DNA of 64,000 nucleotides from Fimbriimonadaceae bacterium (lineage in GTDB: Bacteria; Armatimonadota; Fimbriimonadia; Fimbriimonadales; Fimbriimonadaceae), in contig JANJUB010000168.1 of assembly GCA_024710805.1 (NCBI GenBank), positions 929 through 64,928 on the forward strand, in the 5' to 3' direction. The notes beneath the pieces are model-generated. The model searched no databases. It saw only the letters and a program-made list of their open reading frames with translations, and had not been told where the DNA came from. A program made the position numbers and the translations under genes. Shown piece by piece: positions 35,109 to 43,846 of this stretch (position 1 is its first letter; each line of letters begins with the position of its first letter).

Positions 35109-37037
35109 ATGTTGCCGCTCGTCTTCGCGTGCGTCGCCCAAGGCTCTGCACCGTCTGCCCATCAGCCCATCCAGGTCGAGGGTATGTGGTGCCACCCGAC
35201 CCGGTTGATGGTTAAGCTTCGCGACATCAACGATACGTCGCCGATCGGCGACTACCGCGTGCTTCGCACCTACCCGCAGATTCGTTACGCCGTCGTCGAA
35301 GTGCCGTTGGGTTCGCTCGCCACCGCTAGAGCCAAGCTGCAACAATCCGCCGGAGTCGAGCGCGCCGATTTCGACCGCGCGGCGCGGGTGGCCTATACAC
35401 CCAACGATGAGCTGTGGCCCGACATGTGGCACGCACGGACGATCAAGGCTGACCTAGCTTGGGATGTCACCTTTGGGTCCAGCAACGTCATCGTCGGCGT
35501 CATCGACACCGGCCTGAACACCACCCACCCCGACCTCGCCGGCAATGTGTGGGTCAACGCCGGGGAGATCCCGGGGAACGGTCTGGACGACGACGGAAAC
35601 GGCTTTGTGGACGACGTCCACGGCTACGATTTCTATTACGACGATGGCACGCCGAACGACGTTAACGGCCACGGCACCGCATGTGCCGGCCTCGTCGCGG
35701 CCATCCAAGACAACACGATTGGTGTCACCGGGGTCGCGCCTCGGGCTAAGGTGATGGGGCTCAAGTGCTCGACCGACGAAGGCTACTTTTACGATAGCGC
35801 CAACGTGGCCGCGTACCTGTACGCCCACCAGATGGGCGCGAAGATCGTGTCGTGCAGTTTCTTCAGCGACCGCGTGAGCCAGTCCGAGATGGATGCCATC
35901 GACTTCATTGCCGCTCATGGCGTTTTGCCGATCGTCGCGGCGGGCAATGCCGCCACCGTGTACTCCTACTATCCCGGAGCCTACGAGAACGTGCTGGGGG
36001 TTGCGGCCACCACATCCGACAACACCCGCGCCAGCTTCTCCAACTTCGGCAGCTGGGTCGATGTTGCCGCGCCCGGCGTCTCCCTCCGCACGACCACCGC
36101 CGCAGGCGGCTACACGGCCGGTTTTGGCGGAACCAGCGGGGCCACCCCTCAGGTTGCGGGTCTTGCCGCCCTCATCTGGGGAGCCGTCCCGAACCTGACC
36201 GTCCACCAAGTGCGATCGATCATCGAGGACACCTCGACCGCGCTTTCGTGGGACTTCTCGAACTACGGTTTAGTGAACTGCGACCAGGCGGTCCGAGTCG
36301 CCCTTGGCATGGCCGAGCATCAAAGCAGGAACCCGGTGGTGCGGTACATGACCCCCTACGTCGCCGCGAACCGTGCGGGCATGGGCGGACGCGCCGAAAC
36401 CCCCGCCCGCATCTACGGCCGGGGATTTGAGGCACCGCGAAATGTGCGCATTCAGATGGGCACCCGCAATCTGACCATTTTGCGACAAACCCGCAACTAC
36501 GTCGACTTCATGTTGCCGAATGGCTCCGACCTCATCAACGTGCATGTCGACAAGGTGCTTGTGAAGTCGCTGCCTCGGTTCGCGTCGAGCCTGACCGCCT
36601 ACACCATGATCGAAGCCGCATCGCAAGGCGGGGGTTGGGTCACGGGTGGCTTCACTGAGGCGGCGCGCGCCGATGGCATCAACATGACCTGCACTCGCCG
36701 CTCGGACGGTTTGATCCGCATGGATGGCACCTTCCGAAAGGTCACCACCATCGGCGCAGGTATGAAGCTTCAAATTCGCCGACACTACTCGGGAGTCACC
36801 AGCGGCACGGAGAAGATCTACCTCTATGATTGGAGCAGCGGCTCGCTTCCCTACGGCTCCTTCCGGCTGCTGAGCACCCTACCCGCGATCAGTTCGCCGG
36901 GAACGAATCTCATCGAGGTTCCCGAGCCTTGGCGCTACATCGACGAAGATGGCACGATGTATCTGCGGATCGAAACCACCGGCACGCCCGAGGGTGCGGC
37001 GCTCAACATCGACCAGGCGATGATCCTTCAGCGCTGA
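35109..37037 (+). CDS. Secreted subtilisin-like serine protease (peptidase S8) with a ~250-aa C-terminal extension
   Basis: Catalytic triad contexts are VGVIDTGL (Asp), NGHGTACAGLVAA (His) and GGTSGATPQVAGLAALI (Ser). Confidence 0.9.
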   Translation: MLPLVFACVAQGSAPSAHQPIQVEGMWCHPTRLMVKLRDINDTSPIGDYRVLRTYPQIRYAVVEVPLGSLATARAKLQQSAGVERADFDRAARVAYTPNDELWPDMWHARTIKADLAWDVTFGSSNVIVGVIDTGLNTTHPDLAGNVWVNAGEIPGNGLDDDGNGFVDDVHGYDFYYDDGTPNDVNGHGTACAGLVAAIQDNTIGVTGVAPRAKVMGLKCSTDEGYFYDSANVAAYLYAHQMGAKIVSCSFFSDRVSQSEMDAIDFIAAHGVLPIVAAGNAATVYSYYPGAYENVLGVAATTSDNTRASFSNFGSWVDVAAPGVSLRTTTAAGGYTAGFGGTSGATPQVAGLAALIWGAVPNLTVHQVRSIIEDTSTALSWDFSNYGLVNCDQAVRVALGMAEHQSRNPVVRYMTPYVAANRAGMGGRAETPARIYGRGFEAPRNVRIQMGTRNLTILRQTRNYVDFMLPNGSDLINVHVDKVLVKSLPRFASSLTAYTMIEAASQGGGWVTGGFTEAARADGINMTCTRRSDGLIRMDGTFRKVTTIGAGMKLQIRRHYSGVTSGTEKIYLYDWSSGSLPYGSFRLLSTLPAISSPGTNLIEVPEPWRYIDEDGTMYLRIETTGTPEGAALNIDQAMILQR

Positions 37038-38971
37038 ACTTCCTCGTAACGAGGCGGCGCAAGCCACGCGGGCAGCTTTGCCGCCCAATCGGGCCAAGAG
37101 ATTTCGAGCTCGCAGTCGCCCGCATCGCGAGGCACGCTTCGAACAACCGACACCCCGAACGCTTGCGTCACCTGTACCGACACAATGCCCTTACCCGGCT
37201 TGATCTCGATCGGAAACGAAGAAGCCAACGACACGCTGATCGGGCGAGTATCCGTTGCCCGAAACCGCAGGCGGTGGCCCTGCTCGACCTTGACGAGTTG
37301 CAGTCCAACATCGCCGTATACCCGTAAGTCGCTTGAAAGCAGAGCCCCAAAACCCGGACTGCGACGATAGTCGTCCTTACCGAACAACTCCTCGCGGAGG
37401 CCATATAGCGGCTCTAAGTGCTTGGCCACGGGGAGTTGAGGGTTCAGGCGCCGACGCCAAATGGCGAGTCCGCGCTCGGCAGCGAGCCCGGCATGGAGCA
37501 TCACCCCTTCCCACCGCCGCTCGGGCTCGGGAGAGATGGCCGCGGCGAGGCTAGCCAACGCCATGGCCCGACGCCGGCGATCGTTATCCTCGCACCACAG
37601 GCGCCACGTCAGCCAATCCCGTCGAAGCAGGAGCGAGGTCAACAGCGAGTTCGGCTCCGAGGTGGCCCTCACCGTACTCAGCGTGGTTTGAAAGAGCAGC
37701 GCGTGGCTTGCGGTGAGATCGAGGCCATTGCCCGTGGCGTCGAACGGCAGCTTCTGCTGGGTCGTGGGTTCAGGCGTGTAGGGAGTCTCCGACAGGAACT
37801 CGATTACCGTCTGCTCGGCCAGTTCCCGTACGGCCCGCTCGGTGTGGGCACTGAGATTGGCGAGCGCGAGTTCGGTCACCGAAGGCACATCCAGATACGA
37901 CGCGGTGCTCAGCGCGTCTTCCTGGGCGGCACCAAGGGCCAACGCCCGACCGGTGGGAACGCGGCGTGCGATCGCCCTGAGAACCAATCTCGGCTCGTCG
38001 GTGATCAGCGTCGCTCCGTGCGGTGTAGGCACCTGCAGCATCTGCGTCTTGGATCCGATGTTCAGGCCATATCCGCCGATCGGAGCCAAGTAAGCGGGCG
38101 AAGGGAGCACGGCGTGCGGTTGATCGAAGGTCCACTCGGCGACCAGGCTCGGACCCTCCTCGGTCACTTTGAACCCGGTGATCGCGGCGGCCGGTTGCGT
38201 TGCGATCGGCAGGATCGGCTGGATCGCCTGGCTGAGCCGGCCAAGGTCCGCCGCCCCTAGCGTGGGGAACGGACGTTCGCCGAGCGGAGCAAGCACCCTC
38301 ACCCAACCCGCCCAACTGGCGTCCGATGCGATCCACCACTCGCCTGTCTTTCCGGTGAGGCGGACCCCCGAAGGGTCGCCTAGGAACACCAGCATCAGCG
38401 GCGGTTGACGATCGCGAAACGAGACGACGACCCACGGCGCTGGAGGCGTCGCGTACTCGGTGTTCGCATCGAGACTGCCATCCGGCCAGGTGAGGTACGG
38501 AGCCGTGGTCGAGGTCAGCCGGAATCGAAATCCCTGAGGAAAGTACATCGACACACCCGGGGCCAACAGGTCGTGCCTGAGCTTGCTGGGAGATCCGGCG
38601 AACTCGCCTGCCGCCACGGTCTGCGAAGTCACCGTCGTCGCCAGCGACTTCCACTGTTTCAGCGGTGCGGGAAATGCAAACCGATCGGCCGCGGGATGAT
38701 CGACCCGAAAACCGCTCTTATCCAGGCTGATGCCGGGAATCTCCCACGGGGCCTCGTAGCCAAAGCGCCCGAAGGACTGGGCCGAAGCACCGACGGCCAG
38801 GAAGAAGAGTGCGAGAAGGCTAGTTGAACGTTGTGCCCAACACTTGGAAGCCGATCCGCTTTGTGCGGTGCGACCACGTAAGACCGAACTCGCGATAGCC
38901 AATGCGGTACCCCAGAATGAAGTTGTAGTCGAAGAAGCTATCCCCAAAGAATCGATCGAAGGTGTACGCAT
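37028..38971 (-). CDS. Large secreted hypothetical protein, last gene of the envelope cluster
   Basis: Long GC3-biased ORF with the signal-like segment STSLLALFFLAVGASAQS. I recognise no family. The start is uncertain: the ATG candidates at 38971, 39010 and 39034 all overlap the upstream gene, and no canonical start lies after 38820. Confidence 0.55.
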   Translation of the reverse strand: MRTPSIDSLGIASSTTTSFWGTALAIASSVLRGRTAQSGSASKCWAQRSTSLLALFFLAVGASAQSFGRFGYEAPWEIPGISLDKSGFRVDHPAADRFAFPAPLKQWKSLATTVTSQTVAAGEFAGSPSKLRHDLLAPGVSMYFPQGFRFRLTSTTAPYLTWPDGSLDANTEYATPPAPWVVVSFRDRQPPLMLVFLGDPSGVRLTGKTGEWWIASDASWAGWVRVLAPLGERPFPTLGAADLGRLSQAIQPILPIATQPAAAITGFKVTEEGPSLVAEWTFDQPHAVLPSPAYLAPIGGYGLNIGSKTQMLQVPTPHGATLITDEPRLVLRAIARRVPTGRALALGAAQEDALSTASYLDVPSVTELALANLSAHTERAVRELAEQTVIEFLSETPYTPEPTTQQKLPFDATGNGLDLTASHALLFQTTLSTVRATSEPNSLLTSLLLRRDWLTWRLWCEDNDRRRRAMALASLAAAISPEPERRWEGVMLHAGLAAERGLAIWRRRLNPQLPVAKHLEPLYGLREELFGKDDYRRSPGFGALLSSDLRVYGDVGLQLVKVEQGHRLRFRATDTRPISVSLASSFPIEIKPGKGIVSVQVTQAFGVSVVRSVPRDAGDCELEISWPDWAAKLPAWLAPPRYEEVQR

Positions 38972-40814
38972 AGGAGAGTCGCCAGTCGCGCGCGAACCGG
39001 TAGCCCGCATCGAGTTGGACGGTCGTGCGGTCAACGTCGAGACTACGACTGCCGAAGAAGTTGAACGAGAGCCCGCCCATGTTGGCGTTGCCCCGAGCGC
39101 TGAGAGCGTGCCGGCCCAAGAAGTTGCTGTTGAATCCGTCGTCGATGTAGTCGTAGCTGAGCATCAGTCCGCCGTCACGAAAGGCTTGACTCACCGACAA
39201 GTTGCCCATCAACGTCAATCCGGACGGGGTATTGCGGCCTTGGAGTTTGCTGACCGTGAAGCTTCCCGACAGAGACGACTGACGGCTGAAGTAGATCGGG
39301 TTGAGCCGTGCCGTGCTCCGAACGCCGTACGCTGACTGCGCGTAGTTGCCGGCCAGAGAGTTCTGCGCCTGCATCGACGCCGTCAGTCCATAAGTTAAGC
39401 GCACCGGCAGTTTGCCGACCTTGATCGGATCGCGATCCAGCGAGAGCACCGCTTGCCGGTAGCCGCTGGCGAGACCCCGCAACGTCCGATTATCGCTCGC
39501 GTTCATGGTGAGGCTGTAGCCTTCGAACTGCTTGGAGTAACCCAGGCCCGCGTAGACCGCGCGGTGGGACGGGAAGTCGAGTTGAGCGCTTAGTTCGCTG
39601 GAAGTGTCCAACCGCCAGTAGTTTCGCGCACTGATGCCCCAGTCGCTTCGGCCCAAGCCGTTGACGACCACTTCGCCCTGCATGTCGTCGCCCTTGTTCC
39701 ACGAGTATTCGTAGTTTACGAAGATGCCACGATTGCCGACAATGTTTCGCCCCGCGTTCTGACCCATGTTCAGGCGCAGCAGACTGGTTTGCCCAGGTTT
39801 CAGCGAGAGGTAATACGGATAGTCGACCGCGACCTGATTGTCGTTGATCTTGAGCATTTGATCTGTGACAACTGGAGTCTGGCCGAAGAGGCTGACTTTG
39901 AACAGCGGCAGTCGCATGATGCGGGCGCCACCGACATAAACGTCGGCCTTCTGGAACTGGACTTCCTTGCGCGGATACGCGATTGCCTTCTTGGCGTTGA
40001 TCAGCGTCGTCGAAGTGGAGAGATCGACGAAGTTGAACAGACTCGATGCAATCTGCCCATCGGGGCGGCGGACTGAACCCGGACGCACCTCGGCGATTCC
40101 GTAGGTCTCGACCTCTTCACCTTCGACGAACCGAATCGACTGGCCCATGGGCTCGATATCGACGGGGCGATAGCGGTAGTTGGTCGTGCCGAAACCCATC
40201 CGCTGGTTGAGCCGGAAGTACAACTGGCCAAACTCGCGCTCTTCTTTGCCGATCTTCAAAATGGCGTTCTTCGCGCGAACCTCATAGAGGGGGACGTTGA
40301 GCTGAACATCGTCCGCACGGATCTCGATGTCCTTGTACTGCAAGACGACACCGCGATTCTCGCCCGAAGCGCCGACGGTCTTGTCGTCCATGCCGTATTG
40401 AAGGTCCTTAGGCGCAACGATCTCGATGAAGTCTTTTGCGCTCGAGAGCAGCGAGCGATCGCTGACAAACTCGAAATCGATCGACGCCTTCGCCTGGTAG
40501 GTGATCACGCTCGCCGAAATCTTGGCAACTCCGGGAGTCGTGCCCGATTGGAGAATCGAGCGGGCGATACCGTTCTGGGTGGAAACCACGCTCTCCCGGA
40601 ATGAACCCGAGTCCGTCGAGAAGAGGACGCGAGTGCCGTCGGGTACGAGCTTCCCGTTGAGATCACGGACCATCGCCGAGATCGTGACCGTGCTGCGGCC
40701 ATCGGCCACGCTCATCGACGGAAAGCTGGTCATCTCAATGGTCGCGGACGCCCCAAAACCGAGGGCGGCAGCTACCACAATGCACAAGACCAGGATCAGT
40801 CGATAACCGTTCAT
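38820..40814 (-). CDS. Putative outer-membrane beta-barrel protein with an N-terminal Big_1-like Ig domain and an OstA/LptD-like segment
   Basis: It has a signal peptide and a Big_1-like segment (ADGRSTVTISAMVRDLNGKLVPDGTRVLFSTDSG...GVAKISASV). An OstA-like beta-jellyroll-type segment follows (IEIRADDVQLNVPLYEVRAKNAILKIG). The long C-terminal region alternates hydrophobic/polar residues, is rich in Y/G/S/N, and ends with aromatic residues ...FQVLGTTFN. Confidence 0.65.
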   Translation of the reverse strand: MNGYRLILVLCIVVAAALGFGASATIEMTSFPSMSVADGRSTVTISAMVRDLNGKLVPDGTRVLFSTDSGSFRESVVSTQNGIARSILQSGTTPGVAKISASVITYQAKASIDFEFVSDRSLLSSAKDFIEIVAPKDLQYGMDDKTVGASGENRGVVLQYKDIEIRADDVQLNVPLYEVRAKNAILKIGKEEREFGQLYFRLNQRMGFGTTNYRYRPVDIEPMGQSIRFVEGEEVETYGIAEVRPGSVRRPDGQIASSLFNFVDLSTSTTLINAKKAIAYPRKEVQFQKADVYVGGARIMRLPLFKVSLFGQTPVVTDQMLKINDNQVAVDYPYYLSLKPGQTSLLRLNMGQNAGRNIVGNRGIFVNYEYSWNKGDDMQGEVVVNGLGRSDWGISARNYWRLDTSSELSAQLDFPSHRAVYAGLGYSKQFEGYSLTMNASDNRTLRGLASGYRQAVLSLDRDPIKVGKLPVRLTYGLTASMQAQNSLAGNYAQSAYGVRSTARLNPIYFSRQSSLSGSFTVSKLQGRNTPSGLTLMGNLSVSQAFRDGGLMLSYDYIDDGFNSNFLGRHALSARGNANMGGLSFNFFGSRSLDVDRTTVQLDAGYRFARDWRLSYAYTFDRFFGDSFFDYNFILGYRIGYREFGLTWSHRTKRIGFQVLGTTFN

Positions 40815-40870
40815 AGGGCCTGTCTAGATACAGACGGATTGTAGCGGGTTCAACGTGCGAAATATCAAGC

Positions 40871-40904
40871 AAAAGGGGCGGGAACCTGAGTTCCCGCCCC
40901 TTTT
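40871..40904 (-). terminator. Intrinsic (bidirectional-looking) terminator after the 953-aa gene
   Basis: aaaa-ggggcgggaa-cctgag-ttcccgcccc-tttt forms a perfect 10-bp stem. On the minus strand it is followed by TTTTGCTTGATATTT, 10 nt after the stop. Confidence 0.75.
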
Positions 40905-40913
40905 CGAGGGTGA

Positions 40914-43775
40914 CTACCGAATCACGTTGATCGGAATCACCTTTCGGACGCGCTCGCCAGTGGCCGTTTCGGCAACCAGTTCGACGCGGTAGGCACCAGG
41001 CGCAACCGCTTGGTTTGCGCTGTTGCGGAGATTCCACACGATCGTGTTCTCACCGGCGGCATCAGCGCGGCCTCGGCTCGCCACGAAGACTTCCTTACCG
41101 GTCGCGGAAAGGATGCGCACCGAGGTGGTGGCGTCCGTCGCAAGGGTGTAGGAGATCGTGAACGGCGAGTTGCGGTTCGTGCTGCGAGCCGGCTGGCTCA
41201 CAACCACGTTGCTGATGACCGTGGCGACCACGCCACCCGGCTCAGCCGTGAGCGTCAGCTCGCGGCGGCCCGGCTGGTTCATGCGGAACGTGTAGCCCGA
41301 GGACTGGCGGACGAAGCGGGTGATGTTCGCGGCCTTGTCTTCAAGGCGGAGACGAACGTTCTTCGGCAAGGTCGCAAGGTTCGGCCAAGTGATAGTGACA
41401 TCGCCGGCTTCCTTGGCCTCGACAACAACCTTCCACTCGTGGCGGCCGGTGTTGTCGCGAAGGGTCTGTGCCATTCGAGTCGGAGCGCCATTGTGGCTAT
41501 CTTCGACCGAGAGGCTGATCACCTGACCCGGAGCCATCGGCGGCTCGAAAATTCGCATTCGTCGAGCCTGCTCCGCGTTCTGGGCTTGACCGACGTAGTT
41601 CTCCGAGTCGATGCCCTCGTTGGTACGCGCCGTCAGCTTAAGACGCCATTGCTTGTCGTTCTGAACCCACTCGCTCGCCTTCTGGGCTCGGCGCGACTGC
41701 TCCGGAGTCCACTCGGCGTAGACCGGCGGGTAGCTGATCGTCAAGTCATCCGTCGTGAGAACACGCAGCCAGTAGCCGCGGTTCGGCTCGAGGAGGCCCG
41801 ACTCGCTGTCCACGAACTTGTAGTCCTTGCTCACCGGATCCCAGTAGGTCAGGAAGCTCTGGACAAAGCCAAGGTCGACGAGTTCGCGGAACGTCCGCGA
41901 GAACTGCGGGTTGGAGGCGCTGACGCCGACGATCTGGTTGACGGGAACCGCATAGTTGTACGGGTTGCCGATCATGTTGAAGCCAGATCGATTCTGGATC
42001 AGGTCCGAACCGCCAAGCAGCGATCCGGTGAGGGTCGGGTTCCCGGCGAGATTCGCGATCTCGGCGGTCTTGGCCGTATTCTCATAGATGACCCACATGC
42101 CACGCCCACGCTCGATGCTGTTGGTGATCACGTAGCCCTGTTGGACCGGGTCCCAACGATACGCCTGGAAGTCGCCACCGGGGATGACCGGGTCCATGAA
42201 GTTCGCAAGGATCGTCTCAAGCGACGTATCCGTGAACTGGTAGGGGAAGGTCATGAGGTTCGCGTCCTGATGGAGCGTGATCCGCGGCCGCGCGGCAACC
42301 GTGATCGAACCGTTGATTGTCTTTCGAACGTTGCCGGGCTGCGAGAAGATCTCGACCGTGTAAGGCACGACGCCCGTCACATTCGGACCCACCGCGACCG
42401 TGAAGTCGACGAACTCGTCATTCTTCGGCTGTACGACCGGGATGGTTCGCTCAAGCTCGTGCGGAACGCTAGCGCTGGCACCCGTGATCGTCATACCCGC
42501 GTTCGGCTGGAACTTCAAGCGGATGCGAACGTCGTTCAACGGAACTTCGGTGTTCTCGCCGAGGTTCGCGTAGCCACCGACGTTGTCCACGTAAACGCGA
42601 ACTTGGAAGGGGTTCGGAACCAGATTACCGTTGGCCGGGTTTCCGTTCAGGTTGTTCACAGGCGTGCCCAAGAGCTTGGGAGCATCGACCACGGCTGCGT
42701 AAGGCAGCTTGTAGTCGCCGTTGCTCCACGTCGAGCGAACGTAATGCAGGAACTGCACGGTCGCTCCCGCCGCAACCGGAACTTCAGGATAAGCCTGGAC
42801 CCAGGCACAATTGTTGAGGAACGTGGTATCCGGCAACATCGCCACCGGGAAGGCAGCGGCCGCGTCATCGACTTCACCCAGCAGGAAGGTGTTCTTTCCC
42901 ACCCACATCTGGTTGGCGATCGACGGCTGATTCTCAGCAACATCACTCGTTGCCTCTGACGGCGTGTTCTCTAGTCGGATACCAAAAGCGTCGGTTTGGC
43001 CGAACACGATATCGAAATAGTCCGGAAACGAAGCCGGATTGAGCGACCGATCAAGCATCGTGTCCGTTCGCGGGGGTCGCTGATTCGGCAGGAAAACATA
43101 GGCAGGCTTAGGCTCAGGCCCGAAACCAATACCCGCGGACTGTCGGCCATCTCCGTTCTGGCCCACAGCCAAGAAGCCAATCGCACCTCCAAACCAAAGG
43201 CCGATGTTTGACTCTTCTGCATCTAGGTTCGTCAGCTGCCAGCGGAACTTCACGGCGTCGCCTAAGAGGTCGACGCGGAGTTGCCCGCGAACGTTGTCGG
43301 CCGTGGACTCCGCATACATGTAACGGTTCGAAAACCCAACAAAGGTCGTACCGAGGCCGCCGGCACCCCAGCGAGTCCGCGTGCCATTTCGTGTGGTGGC
43401 GGCGTAGGTCCAAATCGGGTCGGTAACAGCCCCGAAAGTGATCGCCATAAAGTCGTCCACGAAGTTCTGGCTCGATCGCTGGATAGAACCGCGAGAGCCA
43501 ACCGTCAGGGCGAACTTGCCCGTGATCGGAATCGTTCGGGCATTCGGCGCATAGCACGGACCGTTCTGGCCTCCGTAGGTGACCGTGCCCGAGACGCCCA
43601 TTCGAAAGAGCATCAGATCATTGAACAATGTATGCGCGAAGAAGTCATCCGACCGCGGCGTCATGTTCTCTGGGTCAACGCAGATGACGCCCCAGTCGGG
43701 AACTTGCCCCATGGCCGCTGTAGCCGAAAGGCCGATGCCTGCGACCGCGCACGCTCTAAACCACATTTGCTTCAT
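40914..43775 (-). CDS. 953-aa secreted hypothetical protein with a C-terminal FlgD-Ig/T9SS-sorting-like beta-sandwich
   Basis: Signal peptide MKQMWFRACAVAGIGLSATAAMGQ. The C-terminal ~80 aa (TSVRILSATGKEVFVASRG...NTIVWNLRNSANQAVAPGAYRVELVAE) resembles FlgD-Ig-like domains. The rest is unrecognised. Confidence 0.65.
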   Translation of the reverse strand: MKQMWFRACAVAGIGLSATAAMGQVPDWGVICVDPENMTPRSDDFFAHTLFNDLMLFRMGVSGTVTYGGQNGPCYAPNARTIPITGKFALTVGSRGSIQRSSQNFVDDFMAITFGAVTDPIWTYAATTRNGTRTRWGAGGLGTTFVGFSNRYMYAESTADNVRGQLRVDLLGDAVKFRWQLTNLDAEESNIGLWFGGAIGFLAVGQNGDGRQSAGIGFGPEPKPAYVFLPNQRPPRTDTMLDRSLNPASFPDYFDIVFGQTDAFGIRLENTPSEATSDVAENQPSIANQMWVGKNTFLLGEVDDAAAAFPVAMLPDTTFLNNCAWVQAYPEVPVAAGATVQFLHYVRSTWSNGDYKLPYAAVVDAPKLLGTPVNNLNGNPANGNLVPNPFQVRVYVDNVGGYANLGENTEVPLNDVRIRLKFQPNAGMTITGASASVPHELERTIPVVQPKNDEFVDFTVAVGPNVTGVVPYTVEIFSQPGNVRKTINGSITVAARPRITLHQDANLMTFPYQFTDTSLETILANFMDPVIPGGDFQAYRWDPVQQGYVITNSIERGRGMWVIYENTAKTAEIANLAGNPTLTGSLLGGSDLIQNRSGFNMIGNPYNYAVPVNQIVGVSASNPQFSRTFRELVDLGFVQSFLTYWDPVSKDYKFVDSESGLLEPNRGYWLRVLTTDDLTISYPPVYAEWTPEQSRRAQKASEWVQNDKQWRLKLTARTNEGIDSENYVGQAQNAEQARRMRIFEPPMAPGQVISLSVEDSHNGAPTRMAQTLRDNTGRHEWKVVVEAKEAGDVTITWPNLATLPKNVRLRLEDKAANITRFVRQSSGYTFRMNQPGRRELTLTAEPGGVVATVISNVVVSQPARSTNRNSPFTISYTLATDATTSVRILSATGKEVFVASRGRADAAGENTIVWNLRNSANQAVAPGAYRVELVAETATGERVRKVIPINVIR

Positions 43776-43800
43776 TCTCGTCCCTTTACCTTAGTCGGTG

Positions 43801-43830
43801 GGCCGGGACCTGAGTGTTCAAGTCCCGGCC
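43801..43830 (-). other. Intergenic 9-bp hairpin between cluster genes 1 and 2; no U-tract
   Basis: ggccgggac-(12-nt loop)-gtcccggcc with exact complementary arms. Confidence 0.4.
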
Positions 43831-43846
43831 GCTAGTTGTTAGACGT

